In this document: positions 9,400 to 23,803 of the stretch, piece by piece | Layout of the letters: the number at the start of each line of letters is the position of its first letter | Position numbering within the stretch: the first letter of the stretch is position 1 | Assembly: GCA_000681355.2 (NCBI GenBank) | Contig: JJNX02000004.1 | Span: 757 to 64,756, forward strand | Reading direction: 5' to 3' | DNA from: Peptococcaceae bacterium SCADC1_2_3 | GTDB lineage: Bacteria > Bacillota > Desulfotomaculia > Desulfotomaculales > Nap2-2B | DNA length: 64,000 nt | Translations under genes and position numbers: made by a program | The notes under the pieces: model-generated | Databases searched by the model: none | What the model was told of the DNA's origin: nothing | The model's input: the letters and a program-made list of their open reading frames with translations, nothing else

Positions 9400-10416
9400 C
9401 TAAACTACCCCGAGCTTTAGCCCGGGGGTAGCGTTTAAGGAAAGGGGGGCCTGTTCCCCCCGCAAATATTTATAGTACCCCGCGCACGCAGTCATCGCCG
9501 CGTTATCCGTGCAAAACACCGGTTCCGGATAAACAACTCCGACTTTTTCCTTATTTGATCGCTCTAAAAACTGAGCCTTTAACTGTCTGTTTGCCACTAC
9601 CCCGCCGGCTAAAACAACTGTTTTTACCTCGTACCGGGCGGCAGCAGCAAAGGTTTTATCAACTAAAACGTCAAATACGGCTTTTTGAAAACTGGCCGCC
9701 ACGTCAGCCGGATTTATCGTTTCGTTTTTTTGCTGGCTTTTTCGTAAGTAATTAATTACCGCTGTTTTTAAGCCGCTAAAACTAAAGTCCAGGCTGTCTT
9801 CGGCTAAATAGGCCCGGGGGAAAAAAATGGCCTCTTCTTTTCCTTGACGCGCTATTTCTTCAATAAGCGGTCCACCAGGATAACCTAACTTTAAAACCCG
9901 GGCTATTTTATCAAAGACTTCTCCCGCGGCATCATCCAGGGTACCGCCTATTAACTGGTAGCTGCCGTGACGTTCCATTAAAATTAATTCGGTGTGTCCG
10001 CCACTAACAATCAGACAAATTAAAGGAAATGGCAAGTCGGGCCGGCTAATAAAATTAGCGTATATATGTCCTTCTAAATGATTAACGGCCAACAAAGGAA
10101 TATTTAAAGCGTAAGCTATGGCCTTAGCCGCGGCTATACCCACTAATAAAGCTCCGGCCAGCCCTGGGCCGTGGGTAACGGCTACGGCCCGAAGCTCTTT
10201 AAAACTAAAACCGGCTTCTTCTAAAGCAGCCTGAATTACGCCGTTAATTAACTCCAGGTGTTTGCGGGAGGCTACTTCGGGCACAACACCGCCAAATTTT
10301 TGGTGAATTTCTACCTGGGAGGAAATAATATTTGAACGAATTGTTACCCCGTCTACCACAACTGCGGCGGCGGTTTCGTCACAGGAAGTTTCTATCCCTA
10401 AAATAGCTACACTCAT
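9400..10416 (-). CDS. tsaD: tRNA N6-adenosine threonylcarbamoyltransferase
   Basis: ILGIETSCDETAAAVV, GVVPEVASRKH, and the HLEGH and SGGHT motifs. The start is placed at the internal Met (MSVAILG) rather than the ORF-track start at 10476. Confidence 0.92.
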   Translation of the reverse strand: MSVAILGIETSCDETAAAVVVDGVTIRSNIISSQVEIHQKFGGVVPEVASRKHLELINGVIQAALEEAGFSFKELRAVAVTHGPGLAGALLVGIAAAKAIAYALNIPLLAVNHLEGHIYANFISRPDLPFPLICLIVSGGHTELILMERHGSYQLIGGTLDDAAGEVFDKIARVLKLGYPGGPLIEEIARQGKEEAIFFPRAYLAEDSLDFSFSGLKTAVINYLRKSQQKNETINPADVAASFQKAVFDVLVDKTFAAAARYEVKTVVLAGGVVANRQLKAQFLERSNKEKVGVVYPEPVFCTDNAAMTACAGYYKYLRGEQAPLSLNATPGLKLGVV

Positions 10417-10559
10417 TATTTTTATTATCCTTTTCTTTCGTCTGTAAATAAAATATCTAGAGCCAAATAAATTCAAATTCCCGATTAAAAAATAGGTTAT
10501 TTTCTCATCCTCAAATTTCGGTAAGTATCATTTAGAACTTTAAGAAGGAAAAAAATAAA

Positions 10560-11258
10560 TTGCGCCTGCTTACTTACAATATTCATTCGGGCCGGGACGT
10601 TAACGAAAAACTATCCTTACGTAAACTAGCCCGGGAAATTCAGCAAATTAAAGCCGATATAATTGCCCTTCAGGAAGTGGATAGCTACTTCTGGCGCAGT
10701 CGTTTTCGTCACCAGGCCCGTTATTTGGCCCGTTTCTTAAAAATGAACTTTGTTTTTGGGGTTAATATGCGCTACTTTTGGGTAATGCGGTACGGAAACG
10801 CTATTTTGTCCCGTTATCCTATTTTAGCTTACCACAACTATCCCCTTCTCTCATTTAAAGAAAAGCGGGGCCTGCTTTTAGCCTTAATAGCTTGCCCAAA
10901 ACAAAAAATTATTTTTCTTAATACCCACTTAGGATTAAGCAGCAGGGAGCGTGCTTTTCAAGTTAAAGAAATTCTTCATCTCGCCACCGCTTTAAACCTA
11001 CCTTTTATTTTAGCCGGAGATTTAAATGCCTCTTTTGCGGCTAAAGAATTAAAACCTCTTTTATCTTGTTTCCAACCGGCCAAGCCAGTTGTTCACAACA
11101 ACTGCGCTACTTTTCCGGCCAACCAGCCTCAGTTTTGTCTGGATTACATCCTTTTGTCAAAAGACTGGGAGGTAAATACAACCTTTATTTTACCGGCTGA
11201 AGGATCTGATCACCTTCCGGTAATAGCAAACGTTGGTTTAAATATCGTTTCGTCTTAA
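10560..11258 (+). CDS. endonuclease/exonuclease/phosphatase (EEP) family protein
   Basis: 232 aa with LTYNIHSG, IIALQEVD, GDLN and SDHLPV. Confidence 0.8.
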   Translation: MRLLTYNIHSGRDVNEKLSLRKLAREIQQIKADIIALQEVDSYFWRSRFRHQARYLARFLKMNFVFGVNMRYFWVMRYGNAILSRYPILAYHNYPLLSFKEKRGLLLALIACPKQKIIFLNTHLGLSSRERAFQVKEILHLATALNLPFILAGDLNASFAAKELKPLLSCFQPAKPVVHNNCATFPANQPQFCLDYILLSKDWEVNTTFILPAEGSDHLPVIANVGLNIVSS

Positions 11259-12004
11259 AGAGGCTCCCCTAATTCAGTCATTAAATCTCTAAAAACCTGA
11301 CCCGTTGAATAAGGCAAGATTAATTCAGCCTGAGCATCCCAGGGGGTAGACTCGCGGTTAATAATTACTAAACGACGGGCCAAACGGGGTAAATTTGCCA
11401 CAGGATAAACCTGTAAACTGCTACCGGCTACAATCATCAATTGACAGCCGGACAAAGCCTGGGAGGCTTGAGAAAAATCCTCGCTCATTTGGTCCTCAAA
11501 TAATACCACGTCAGGACGGAGTACGCCACTACAGGCATCACAAAGGGGCGGGTTTTGGTTATGATTGAATTTAGTTACCAGGAGATCAAAAGGGTAGCTT
11601 ACCGCACATTTCATGCAGTGACAGGTGCGGAAATGACCGTGCACTTCCCATACTTTTTCTGACCCTGACTTACGGTGTAGGCCATCCACATTTTGCGTAA
11701 CTACTCCCTCTATATAGCCTAATTTTTCTAAATGGGCCAGGGCTACGTGAGCTTCATTAGGCTTTGCTTCAGTAAAAGTTACCCAGCGCGGAAGATTAAT
11801 TTCATAAAAACTTTTAGGGTCACGTCGCAAAGCGCTTAAAGTAGCCGCTTTTACCGGGTCAATTTTTGTCCATAAGCCTGTGCCCGGGCTACGGAAATCC
11901 GGAATCCCACTTTCCGTGCTTATGCCAGCCCCGGTTAAAGCAAAATTATAGTTACACTCTTTTAAAAGATTAGCCAAATTAACAATTTGTTCATGGTATT
12001 GCAT
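11255..12004 (-). CDS. cobB: NAD-dependent protein deacylase (Sir2 family)
   Basis: 249 aa with GAGISTESGIPDFRS, QNVDGLH, and Zn-ribbon cysteines CHCMKC and CDAC. Confidence 0.9.
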   Translation of the reverse strand: MQYHEQIVNLANLLKECNYNFALTGAGISTESGIPDFRSPGTGLWTKIDPVKAATLSALRRDPKSFYEINLPRWVTFTEAKPNEAHVALAHLEKLGYIEGVVTQNVDGLHRKSGSEKVWEVHGHFRTCHCMKCAVSYPFDLLVTKFNHNQNPPLCDACSGVLRPDVVLFEDQMSEDFSQASQALSGCQLMIVAGSSLQVYPVANLPRLARRLVIINRESTPWDAQAELILPYSTGQVFRDLMTELGEPL

Positions 12005-12142
12005 TTTCCCACTCCTAAAAATTAATTCTTTAGCTTATTTTAAAACATTTTCCATAAGGAAGCAATATTCTGGCTTTATAACCAAAGAATATTAATTTAT
12101 TTCATATTAGAAGTTAAAGTAACATCTTTACCGTAAAATTAG

Positions 12143-12171
12143 TTTACAAAATTTAAAAATTAGTTTATTAT
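12143..12171 (+). promoter_or_regulatory. candidate sigmaA promoter of the mutase cluster
   Basis: TTTACA, 17-nt spacer, TATTAT. It is embedded in a direct repeat of AAAATTAGTTTA (two copies). Confidence 0.3.
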
Positions 12172-12217
12172 TTCATTATATTTATTTTTTTAATTATTAA
12201 GCTGGAGGTGATAGTTT

Positions 12218-13900
12218 GTGTTTAAAGAGGAAGACATTTCTAAAATTAAAGTAGAAAAAGAAAAATGGATTGAGAAAACAGGCTGTCAGCAAGATGCAGA
12301 AACATTTCGTAATACTCCTTCTGGGATTAAAATTAAAAACCTTTATACCCCAAGGGACGTCAGTAATTTAGACTATCTGAAAGATCTTGGTTTCCCAGGA
12401 AGTTACCCTTTTACCAGGGGAGTTTATCCCACCATGTACCGGGGACGGACCTGGACAGTAAGGATGTTTTCTGGATTTGCCACCCCGGAAGAAACAAACG
12501 AAAGGTGGAAGATGCTCCTCAATTCTGGCGAAACCGGTTTTTCGGCCGCCGTTGACGTACTTACTTTTAACGGTACTGACCCTGATACTCCAGGGGTAGA
12601 TGCCGAAGTAGAAGTAGGAACATCAGGAGTGCCTCTTTATTCCATAAAAGGTGTTGAAGCGCTAGTTAAAGATTTACCAATAAAAGACATTAGTGTAGCC
12701 CTGGTAACAGAACCAATGACTGCCGTTGGTCTTACCTCAATGTACTTTAACGTAGCAAAAAATAAAGGTGTTCCCTTAAGTCAAGTGGCCGGTACCACCC
12801 AAAATGACCTAGGTACAATGACCATTGGTTATATAACCTATGATTCTTTAAAACCTGATAAACTTTTAAAGCTTGCTTGCGATATGATTGAATACTGTAC
12901 GGCTATGAAACAGGCCCCTAAATGGAACCCGATAAATTTTACCACTTACAATTACCGGGAAGGGGGCATTAATGCTATTCAGGAAATAGCTTTTGGTTTT
13001 ACTAACGCCATTGACCATATTGAAGAGTTGCTGCAGCGAGGTTGGAAAATTGATGATTTTGCTTCCCGGCTGGCTTTTCACCTTTCCGCCGACCGCAATT
13101 TCTTTGAAGAAATTGCCAAATATAGAGCCGCCCGCCGGATATGGGCCAAAATAATAACTGAAAGGTATGGGGCAAAAGACCCCCGTTCAATTATCATGAA
13201 GTATCACGTTCAAACAGCAGGCAGCTCTTTAACCGCTAAGCAGCCCCTGGTTAACGTTGCCAGAACCGCAATTCAGGCTCTGGAGGCTGTTCTGGGGGGC
13301 TGTCAATCTCTACATACTAACTCTTATGATGAAGCAATATGTTTGCCTTCCGAAGAAGCCGTAAAGATAGCCGTAAAAACACAGCAGGTAGTTATGGAAG
13401 AAACAGGAGTTGTAGATACTATTGACCCACTAGCCGGCTCTTATTACGTAGAGTGGTTAACTAGCGAAATTGAAAAACGTATCCTTGTTTACATGCAAGA
13501 AATTGAAAACCAAGGGGGTTTTGTCAAAGCCCTCAGCAACGGTTGGCTGTTTAACGAAATGAGCAAGGCTTTTAACGAGAGGCAAAAGGCAATTGTAGAA
13601 GGAAAAGAAAAAGTCATTGGTGTTAACTGTCACCTGGAAGAAGAAAAAGAAAGACCCATTCCATTTAAAACAAACCCCTGGGCTGCTGATATTGAAAAGG
13701 AGAGACTCAGGAAATTAAGAGCGGAACGGAACAACCAAAGGGTAGCCACCTTGCTTGATCAACTAAGGCGTGACTGCGCCCAAAATAAAAATGTAATGCC
13801 CACCGTAATGGAGCTTACGGCCGAAGGAGCTACTTTAGGTGAAATAACCAGGGTATACCGTGAAATTTGGGGTATTTGGGAGTTACCCATTGCTATTTAA
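12218..13900 (+). CDS. B12-dependent acyl-CoA mutase, catalytic (large) subunit, paralog 1
   Basis: 560 aa with a methylmalonyl-CoA-mutase-like TIM-barrel signature: YPFTRGVYPTMYRGRTWTVRMFSGF, SAAVDV, GTTQND. Confidence 0.85.
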   Translation: MFKEEDISKIKVEKEKWIEKTGCQQDAETFRNTPSGIKIKNLYTPRDVSNLDYLKDLGFPGSYPFTRGVYPTMYRGRTWTVRMFSGFATPEETNERWKMLLNSGETGFSAAVDVLTFNGTDPDTPGVDAEVEVGTSGVPLYSIKGVEALVKDLPIKDISVALVTEPMTAVGLTSMYFNVAKNKGVPLSQVAGTTQNDLGTMTIGYITYDSLKPDKLLKLACDMIEYCTAMKQAPKWNPINFTTYNYREGGINAIQEIAFGFTNAIDHIEELLQRGWKIDDFASRLAFHLSADRNFFEEIAKYRAARRIWAKIITERYGAKDPRSIIMKYHVQTAGSSLTAKQPLVNVARTAIQALEAVLGGCQSLHTNSYDEAICLPSEEAVKIAVKTQQVVMEETGVVDTIDPLAGSYYVEWLTSEIEKRILVYMQEIENQGGFVKALSNGWLFNEMSKAFNERQKAIVEGKEKVIGVNCHLEEEKERPIPFKTNPWAADIEKERLRKLRAERNNQRVATLLDQLRRDCAQNKNVMPTVMELTAEGATLGEITRVYREIWGIWELPIAI

Positions 13901-13933
13901 TTGCTATTTAAAGGAAGGAGAGTATTTAACTGC

Positions 13934-14353
13934 GTGGATAAAAAGATAAGGGTTTTAACGGCAAAAGTTGGGTTAGATGGTCATTGGCGGGGAGTAACAA
14001 CTGTATCACTCATTTTGAAAAACGCCGGTATGGAAGTAATATTTGGCGGCTTTCAAACTATTGAAAATGCGGTTAATGTGGCCGTTCAAGAGGACGTTGA
14101 TGTTATAGGATTAAGTATTCATTCAGGGGCCCATATTACGTGGATAAGAAAATTCGTGGAGGAATTGAAAAAAAGAGGACTGGAAAAGGAGTTCATTTTA
14201 GTAGTAGGAGGAGCAATTCCAGAGCATGACTTTGCTATGTTAAAGCAAATTGGCGCACACGATGTATTTGGACCAGGAACTCTGCCTGATAAAATTATCC
14301 AATCAATCCAGGAAAAGGTGGAAATAAAGGAGCTGGAAGGCAAAATTGTTTGA
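13934..14353 (+). CDS. cobalamin-binding small subunit of the acyl-CoA mutase
   Basis: KIRVLTAKVGLDGHWRG carries the DxHxxG base-off/His-on motif in a Rossmann-like domain. A GTG start downstream of GGAAGGAG is preferred over the ORF-track start at 13901. Confidence 0.85.
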   Translation: MDKKIRVLTAKVGLDGHWRGVTTVSLILKNAGMEVIFGGFQTIENAVNVAVQEDVDVIGLSIHSGAHITWIRKFVEELKKRGLEKEFILVVGGAIPEHDFAMLKQIGAHDVFGPGTLPDKIIQSIQEKVEIKELEGKIV

Positions 14354-16025
14354 AGAAGAGGAAATCAAAAAAATTGAGGCAGAAAAAGAAAAATGGATTG
14401 AAAATACCAGTTGCCAAAAAGATGCCGACGCTTACCGGTTAACACCCTCAGGGATTAAGGTTAAAAACATTTATACTCCTTCCGATATAGCCGACCAGGG
14501 TTATCTAAAAGACCTTGGTTTTCCAGGAGCATATCCTTACACCAGGGGGGTTTATCCTACTATGTACAGGGAACGGCCCTGGACTATAAGAATGTTTTCT
14601 GGATTTAGCACCCCAGAAGAAACAAATGCCCGCTGGAAGATGCTTTACGAGGAAGGGGAAACTGGTTTTTCAGCCGCTTGCGACATTCTTACTACCTCAG
14701 GCTTTGACCCTGATAGTCCCGGCGTAGACGCTGAGGTGGAGGTAGGTACGGGAGGAGTACCTCTTTATTCCATCAAAGGGGTAGAGGCTTTGGTAGAGGG
14801 GTTGCCTATAGATAAAATAAGCGTGGCTTTAGTTACGGAGGTAACAGCCACTTCTTTATCCGCCATGTATTTTAATGTAGCTCAAAAAAGAGGTGTTCCT
14901 CTTACTAAAATAGCCGGTACAACACAAAATGATATTGGAACTATGCCCTTATCATTAATGTGCCGGGATTCAATTTCTCCAGATAGGTTGTTAAAGCTTG
15001 CTTGTGATTTAATAGAATTTTGTACGGCAATGAAACAAGTACCTAAATGGAATCCGATAAACTTTACTACCTATAATTGCCGGGAAGGCGGCATAAATGC
15101 CTTCCAGGAAATAGCTATTGGTTTTTCGGCCGCCATTGACCATATTGAAGAGTTGCTGCAACGGGGTTGGAAAATTGATGATTTTGCTTCCCGGCTGGCT
15201 TTTCATCTTTCAGCCGACCGAAATTTCTTTGAAGAAATTGCCAAATATAGAGCCGCCCGCCGGATATGGGCCAAGCTTCTTACCGAGAGATACGGAGCAA
15301 AAAATTCTCGTTCAGTAGCAATGAAATATCACGTTCAGACTGCCGGAAGTTCGCTTACGGCCCAACAACCAATGGTTAACATTATCCGGACTACTATTCA
15401 AGCCCTGGAAGCAGTTTTAGGCGGATGTCAATCGCTGCATACCAATTCTTACGATGAAGCAATATGCTTGCCGGCCGAAGAATCGGTAAGAATTGCCATA
15501 AGAACCCAGCAAGCGATCCAGGAGGAAACAGGAATAATTGATACAATTGACCCCCTTGCCGGTTCTTATTATGTAGAATGGATCACTAATGAAATGGAAA
15601 ATCGTATTCTTGGTTATATGAAGGAAATCGAGGCTCAAGGAGGATTTATAAAAGCACTTATAAATGGCTGGCTTTATAAGGAGATGCGTAAAGCTTTTAA
15701 CGAAAGACAAAGGTCAATTGTTGAAAGCAAAGAAAGGATAATAGGGGTAAATTGTCATGTTATTAAAGAAGAGGAAAGACATGTTCCGTTTAAAACAAAT
15801 CCCTGGGCGGCCGATATTGAAAAGGAAAGACTAAGGAAACTAAGAGAAGAACGTGATAATCAAAAAATTGCTGTTTTAAAAGATCGGCTCCGGCGTGATT
15901 GTGAAAAAAATAAAAATGTTATGCCTTCGGTTATGGGGCTAACTGCTGAAGGAGCTACTTTAGGTGAAATAGCAAATATTTACCGTGAAATTTGGGGGAT
16001 TTGGGAATTACCCATTACCATTTAA
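14346..16025 (+). CDS. B12-dependent acyl-CoA mutase, catalytic (large) subunit, paralog 2
   Basis: 559 aa, collinear with and highly similar to 12218..13900. The start overlaps the stop of the B12-binding subunit. Confidence 0.85.
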   Translation: MFEEEEIKKIEAEKEKWIENTSCQKDADAYRLTPSGIKVKNIYTPSDIADQGYLKDLGFPGAYPYTRGVYPTMYRERPWTIRMFSGFSTPEETNARWKMLYEEGETGFSAACDILTTSGFDPDSPGVDAEVEVGTGGVPLYSIKGVEALVEGLPIDKISVALVTEVTATSLSAMYFNVAQKRGVPLTKIAGTTQNDIGTMPLSLMCRDSISPDRLLKLACDLIEFCTAMKQVPKWNPINFTTYNCREGGINAFQEIAIGFSAAIDHIEELLQRGWKIDDFASRLAFHLSADRNFFEEIAKYRAARRIWAKLLTERYGAKNSRSVAMKYHVQTAGSSLTAQQPMVNIIRTTIQALEAVLGGCQSLHTNSYDEAICLPAEESVRIAIRTQQAIQEETGIIDTIDPLAGSYYVEWITNEMENRILGYMKEIEAQGGFIKALINGWLYKEMRKAFNERQRSIVESKERIIGVNCHVIKEEERHVPFKTNPWAADIEKERLRKLREERDNQKIAVLKDRLRRDCEKNKNVMPSVMGLTAEGATLGEIANIYREIWGIWELPITI

Positions 16026-16043
16026 AATCATTTTTAAAAGTAT

Positions 16044-16622
16044 ATGTTTAATTTTAACCCTTTTTATCCTCCAAAAACAGAAAATATCCAACAAAAAATT
16101 TTTCACCTAAAGGCCACTTATCCGGGTTTGCCTTGTCGGGAGTTAGCTAAAAAACTTATTTCGGAAAAGTGTTTCTGGTGTGCTTTGGTGGGATTTATTT
16201 CGGCCATACCGGCTATTTTACCTGGAATAGGTACGGTAATTGCTTTAGTATTAGGTATGGTCCTTGATATGACCCTCTTTACCTATTTACTGGTTAATAT
16301 GGTAGTTGAAATAGCTGCTGTTTATGGGCGGGACCTTACGGGAGAAAACTACCACCGGGAAGTTTTTTGGGCTTTTCTTTTAGCCACTGGTACCGGCGGC
16401 CTGGGGAAAAACTTATCCCGCGTGGCGGTAACCCAAATGTCAAAGGATGTTTTTGTATCATTAACCGAAAGAATGCTTGTTTCCTTCGGCATAAGAATAA
16501 CTACCCATTCCACCCTGGCCCGTATAATTCCTTTTCTAGGTTTATTTTTAGCCGGTGGTTTAAACTACCGGGTAGCCAAAATGTTAGGTGATCGGGCTAT
16601 TGAGTATTACGAAAATATCTAG
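16044..16622 (+). CDS. membrane protein (EcsC-like)
   Basis: 192 aa with Gly/Ala-rich hydrophobic helices (ISAIPAILPGIGTVIALVLG). The family assignment is weak. Confidence 0.35.
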   Translation: MFNFNPFYPPKTENIQQKIFHLKATYPGLPCRELAKKLISEKCFWCALVGFISAIPAILPGIGTVIALVLGMVLDMTLFTYLLVNMVVEIAAVYGRDLTGENYHREVFWAFLLATGTGGLGKNLSRVAVTQMSKDVFVSLTERMLVSFGIRITTHSTLARIIPFLGLFLAGGLNYRVAKMLGDRAIEYYENI

Positions 16623-16637
16623 TTTAATTATAAATTT

Positions 16638-17678
16638 TTAGCTTATGTTTTCTAGATAGGAATATTTTTTACTAATATTGCCAGATAGTAGCTTTAGCAT
16701 AGATAACGCTTTGCCAGTCCCAAGGGCTACGCACGAAATGGGGTCTTCAGCTACATAAACAGGCAACTTTGTTTCTATTTTAAGTAAAGTGTCTATGTTG
16801 TGTAAAAGCGAGCTGCCTCCCGTCATTACAATGCCTTTATTAACTATATCTGCCGCCAGCTCTGGCGGCGTACGTTCAAGAACATCTTTTACCGCGCTCA
16901 CCACTTGAGCTAAAGGTTCTTTGATTGCTTCGTAAACCTGCACGCGCGTTATTTGAACTGACCTGGGTAAACCTAAAGTTAAATCACGCCCGCGAACTTC
17001 ATAGCTTATGTTTGTTTCTAGATTTGTAAGGCAGGCGGTAGCAATATTTATTTTTATTTCCTCTGCACTTTGCTCTCCCATAGCCAGGTTAAACTCACGC
17101 CTAACGTAACGAATAATTGCCTCATCAAGCTTATCTCCTCCGACACGCAAGGAATTACAGCACACAATTCCACCTAAAGAAAGAACGGCTATATCGGTAG
17201 TTCCACCACCAATATCCACCACCATAGTTGCTTTAGGTGAAGATATATCCAAACTTGCCCCTAGCGCCGCAGCCAATGGTTCTTCAATAAGATAGGCTTG
17301 TCTTGCCCCGGCTTGTATTGCTGCTTCACGCACTGCCCGTTCCTCCACCCCGGTTATCCCAGTTGGAATACAAATCATTACCTTGGGGCGGAAAAAGAGC
17401 TTTCGTCCATTTGTTTTTTTTATAAAATAGCTTAACATTTTCTCGGTAACTTCAAAATTTGTAATTACTCCTCCGCGCAAGGGACGTATAGCTATAATGT
17501 TTCCGGGGGTGCGACCTAACATTCGTCGCGCCTCAGCTCCAACAGCAATAATTTTTTTATTATCTTTATTTATGGCTACTACCGAGGGTTCCCTTAAAGT
17601 AATCCCCTTTCCTTTAACATATACCAACACATTCGCCGTGCCCAAATCAATACCAATATCTGCACATGAGCCGAGCAT
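16638..17678 (-). CDS. mbl: MreB/Mbl actin-like rod-shape protein
   Basis: 346 aa with IGIDLGTANVLV and DIGGGTTDIAV. It is adjacent to spoIIID, as in Bacillus subtilis. Confidence 0.92.
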   Translation of the reverse strand: MLGSCADIGIDLGTANVLVYVKGKGITLREPSVVAINKDNKKIIAVGAEARRMLGRTPGNIIAIRPLRGGVITNFEVTEKMLSYFIKKTNGRKLFFRPKVMICIPTGITGVEERAVREAAIQAGARQAYLIEEPLAAALGASLDISSPKATMVVDIGGGTTDIAVLSLGGIVCCNSLRVGGDKLDEAIIRYVRREFNLAMGEQSAEEIKINIATACLTNLETNISYEVRGRDLTLGLPRSVQITRVQVYEAIKEPLAQVVSAVKDVLERTPPELAADIVNKGIVMTGGSSLLHNIDTLLKIETKLPVYVAEDPISCVALGTGKALSMLKLLSGNISKKYSYLENIS

Positions 17679-17794
17679 AAAATATATTTTCCTTTCTCCT
17701 TTCCAAAATAAGCAAGGACACTATTAGACTATCCATGGTAATATTCTACATCTTTCGAACAATTCCTCTTTGCCCGGCTATTTTTTTAATTATT

Positions 17795-18046
17795 TTAAGT
17801 TATCCCTTTATACTTTTTACGGGTAGCCTCTCCTCCCCTTAAATGACGTTCAGCTTTATTGTGTTCCAAAACGACCCTTATTTCCCGGGCCAGTTTTTTA
17901 CTTAACGATGGAAGTCTTTCCGTCATATCCTTATGCACCGTACTTTTACTTACCTGAAAAACTAGAGCGGCTTGACGCACAGTGGCCTGAGTCTCCAGAA
18001 TATAGGCACAAATATCCAACACCCTTTTTTGGATATAGCCCTGCAT
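17795..18046 (-). CDS. spoIIID: sporulation transcriptional regulator SpoIIID
   Basis: 83 aa with YIQKRVLDICAYI and VSKSTVHKDMTERL (HTH). Confidence 0.92.
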   Translation of the reverse strand: MQGYIQKRVLDICAYILETQATVRQAALVFQVSKSTVHKDMTERLPSLSKKLAREIRVVLEHNKAERHLRGGEATRKKYKGIT

Positions 18047-18206
18047 TGCCTAACCTCCCTAGTTTGTTAACTTTACCGTTACTAGCATAATTTTTTGTTA
18101 ACTATCCTTTACTTTAAAACATTTTTTCATTATACGGTTAATAAGATTTATATGCTTGCCTTATGATAAAATATGCTAATATATCTATGGTCACTTAAAT
18201 CAGGAT

Positions 18207-19211
18207 TCATAGCTTTGTTAACTCAACTCCGGTATAATAATGGGTTAAAATTTGCGCAAAGGTCCAGCCATGCAAGGCCATTCCCTTTGCTCCATACTGA
18301 CACATTCCTACGGCGTGGCCGTAACCCCGGGTGTTTATTTCCACCTGGTTCCCTGTTGTCTCCCACGTAAAATCTGTAGAGCGTAAACCTAATAAATCTC
18401 GCATGGTGGTAGCTAAAATTACTTGATCATTAAGACAAACAATTTTTGGGCGACCTGAGGTAGTAAACGTTAAAACAACAAAAGAAGGTAAATTTTTTTC
18501 TTTTTGTAAGCCTGCACTTTCTTTTGCCGGTAAATGTTGAGGCCGCCTATTTTCTTTATTTATAGCCATTGCAGACATGCTTTTTAATAAATAATTAAGC
18601 TTAGATGTTTTCAAACTAACCGTTTGAACCGGAGCCGGGTCAGCACAATAAGGACAGGAAACTCCTTTTAAATATGGTACTTCGTCTTGCCATACTTCAA
18701 CTGCATTTTCCGTACCCCGGCCCCCGCAAGAAGAATGGTAAACCGGGTCAATCAGTTGACCCTGATAGGTGAGAACAGTGCCGCGCGTATTTTCTACCGA
18801 CCGCTTTATTTTTTGGTGGTAACGGTAATAATCTATTAAACCCCACCGGTTACGCATTTCCTGAGGTGATGCCCAGGCTTGTCCGTGACGATAGTCATCA
18901 CAAATATCTGCCCCGGGGTGGATATTATTAGCCAACCCGCCGGCTTTAATTCTTTTAAGAATATACGTCCGGGCTGCTACGGCCTGCGCCTTAAGGGCTT
19001 CTTCCGGAAATGCGGCCGGCATCTCTGCCGCCACTACACCGTATATATAATCTTCTAAAGGCAAAGATATAATTTCACCTGTTTTGTGCCGGTAAAGTCT
19101 TACCTGGAGCAATTCTTTTTGCTCAGGGATTAAAATACCGTATTTTTTTAGGTAAATCAGGCTTAAGCCAAGCAGAAAAATTAAAAAAACAAAACCGGCT
19201 AATCTGCGCAC
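18207..19211 (-). CDS. spoIID: stage II sporulation protein D (SpoIID/LytB domain)
   Basis: 334 aa with an N-terminal TM segment, then AVAARTY, SSCGGRTE-like and GYGHAVGMCQYGA. Confidence 0.88.
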   Translation of the reverse strand: MRRLAGFVFLIFLLGLSLIYLKKYGILIPEQKELLQVRLYRHKTGEIISLPLEDYIYGVVAAEMPAAFPEEALKAQAVAARTYILKRIKAGGLANNIHPGADICDDYRHGQAWASPQEMRNRWGLIDYYRYHQKIKRSVENTRGTVLTYQGQLIDPVYHSSCGGRGTENAVEVWQDEVPYLKGVSCPYCADPAPVQTVSLKTSKLNYLLKSMSAMAINKENRRPQHLPAKESAGLQKEKNLPSFVVLTFTTSGRPKIVCLNDQVILATTMRDLLGLRSTDFTWETTGNQVEINTRGYGHAVGMCQYGAKGMALHGWTFAQILTHYYTGVELTKL

Positions 19212-19302
19212 AAAAAGTCTCCTTTTAAAAGATTTGGGTGTTTAGTTATATTTATATTCCCATATATAATATATTATGTTTAATCTAACCATAAGTTTAT
19301 CT

Positions 19303-19354
19303 TATAATAAAAGAAGCAGACCCATTTTCAAAAGAAAAAATAGGTCTGCTTCTT
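19303..19354 (-). terminator. rho-independent terminator after atpC
   Basis: 12-bp stem AAGAAGCAGACC / GGTCTGCTTCTT, with a T-run on the minus strand. Confidence 0.7.
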
Positions 19355-19386
19355 TTATGGTTTAATATTCTATTTTTCGGTTGCGA

Positions 19387-22151
<2,765 letters not shown>

Positions 22152-22249
22152 TTCCTCTTTTTTTCACCACCTCATTATAAGAGATAACCTTTTAATTACT
22201 TGATTTACTAAAATAAACAAACCATAAGTAAATGCCCTTTTTTAATTTT

Positions 22250-23803
<1,554 letters not shown>

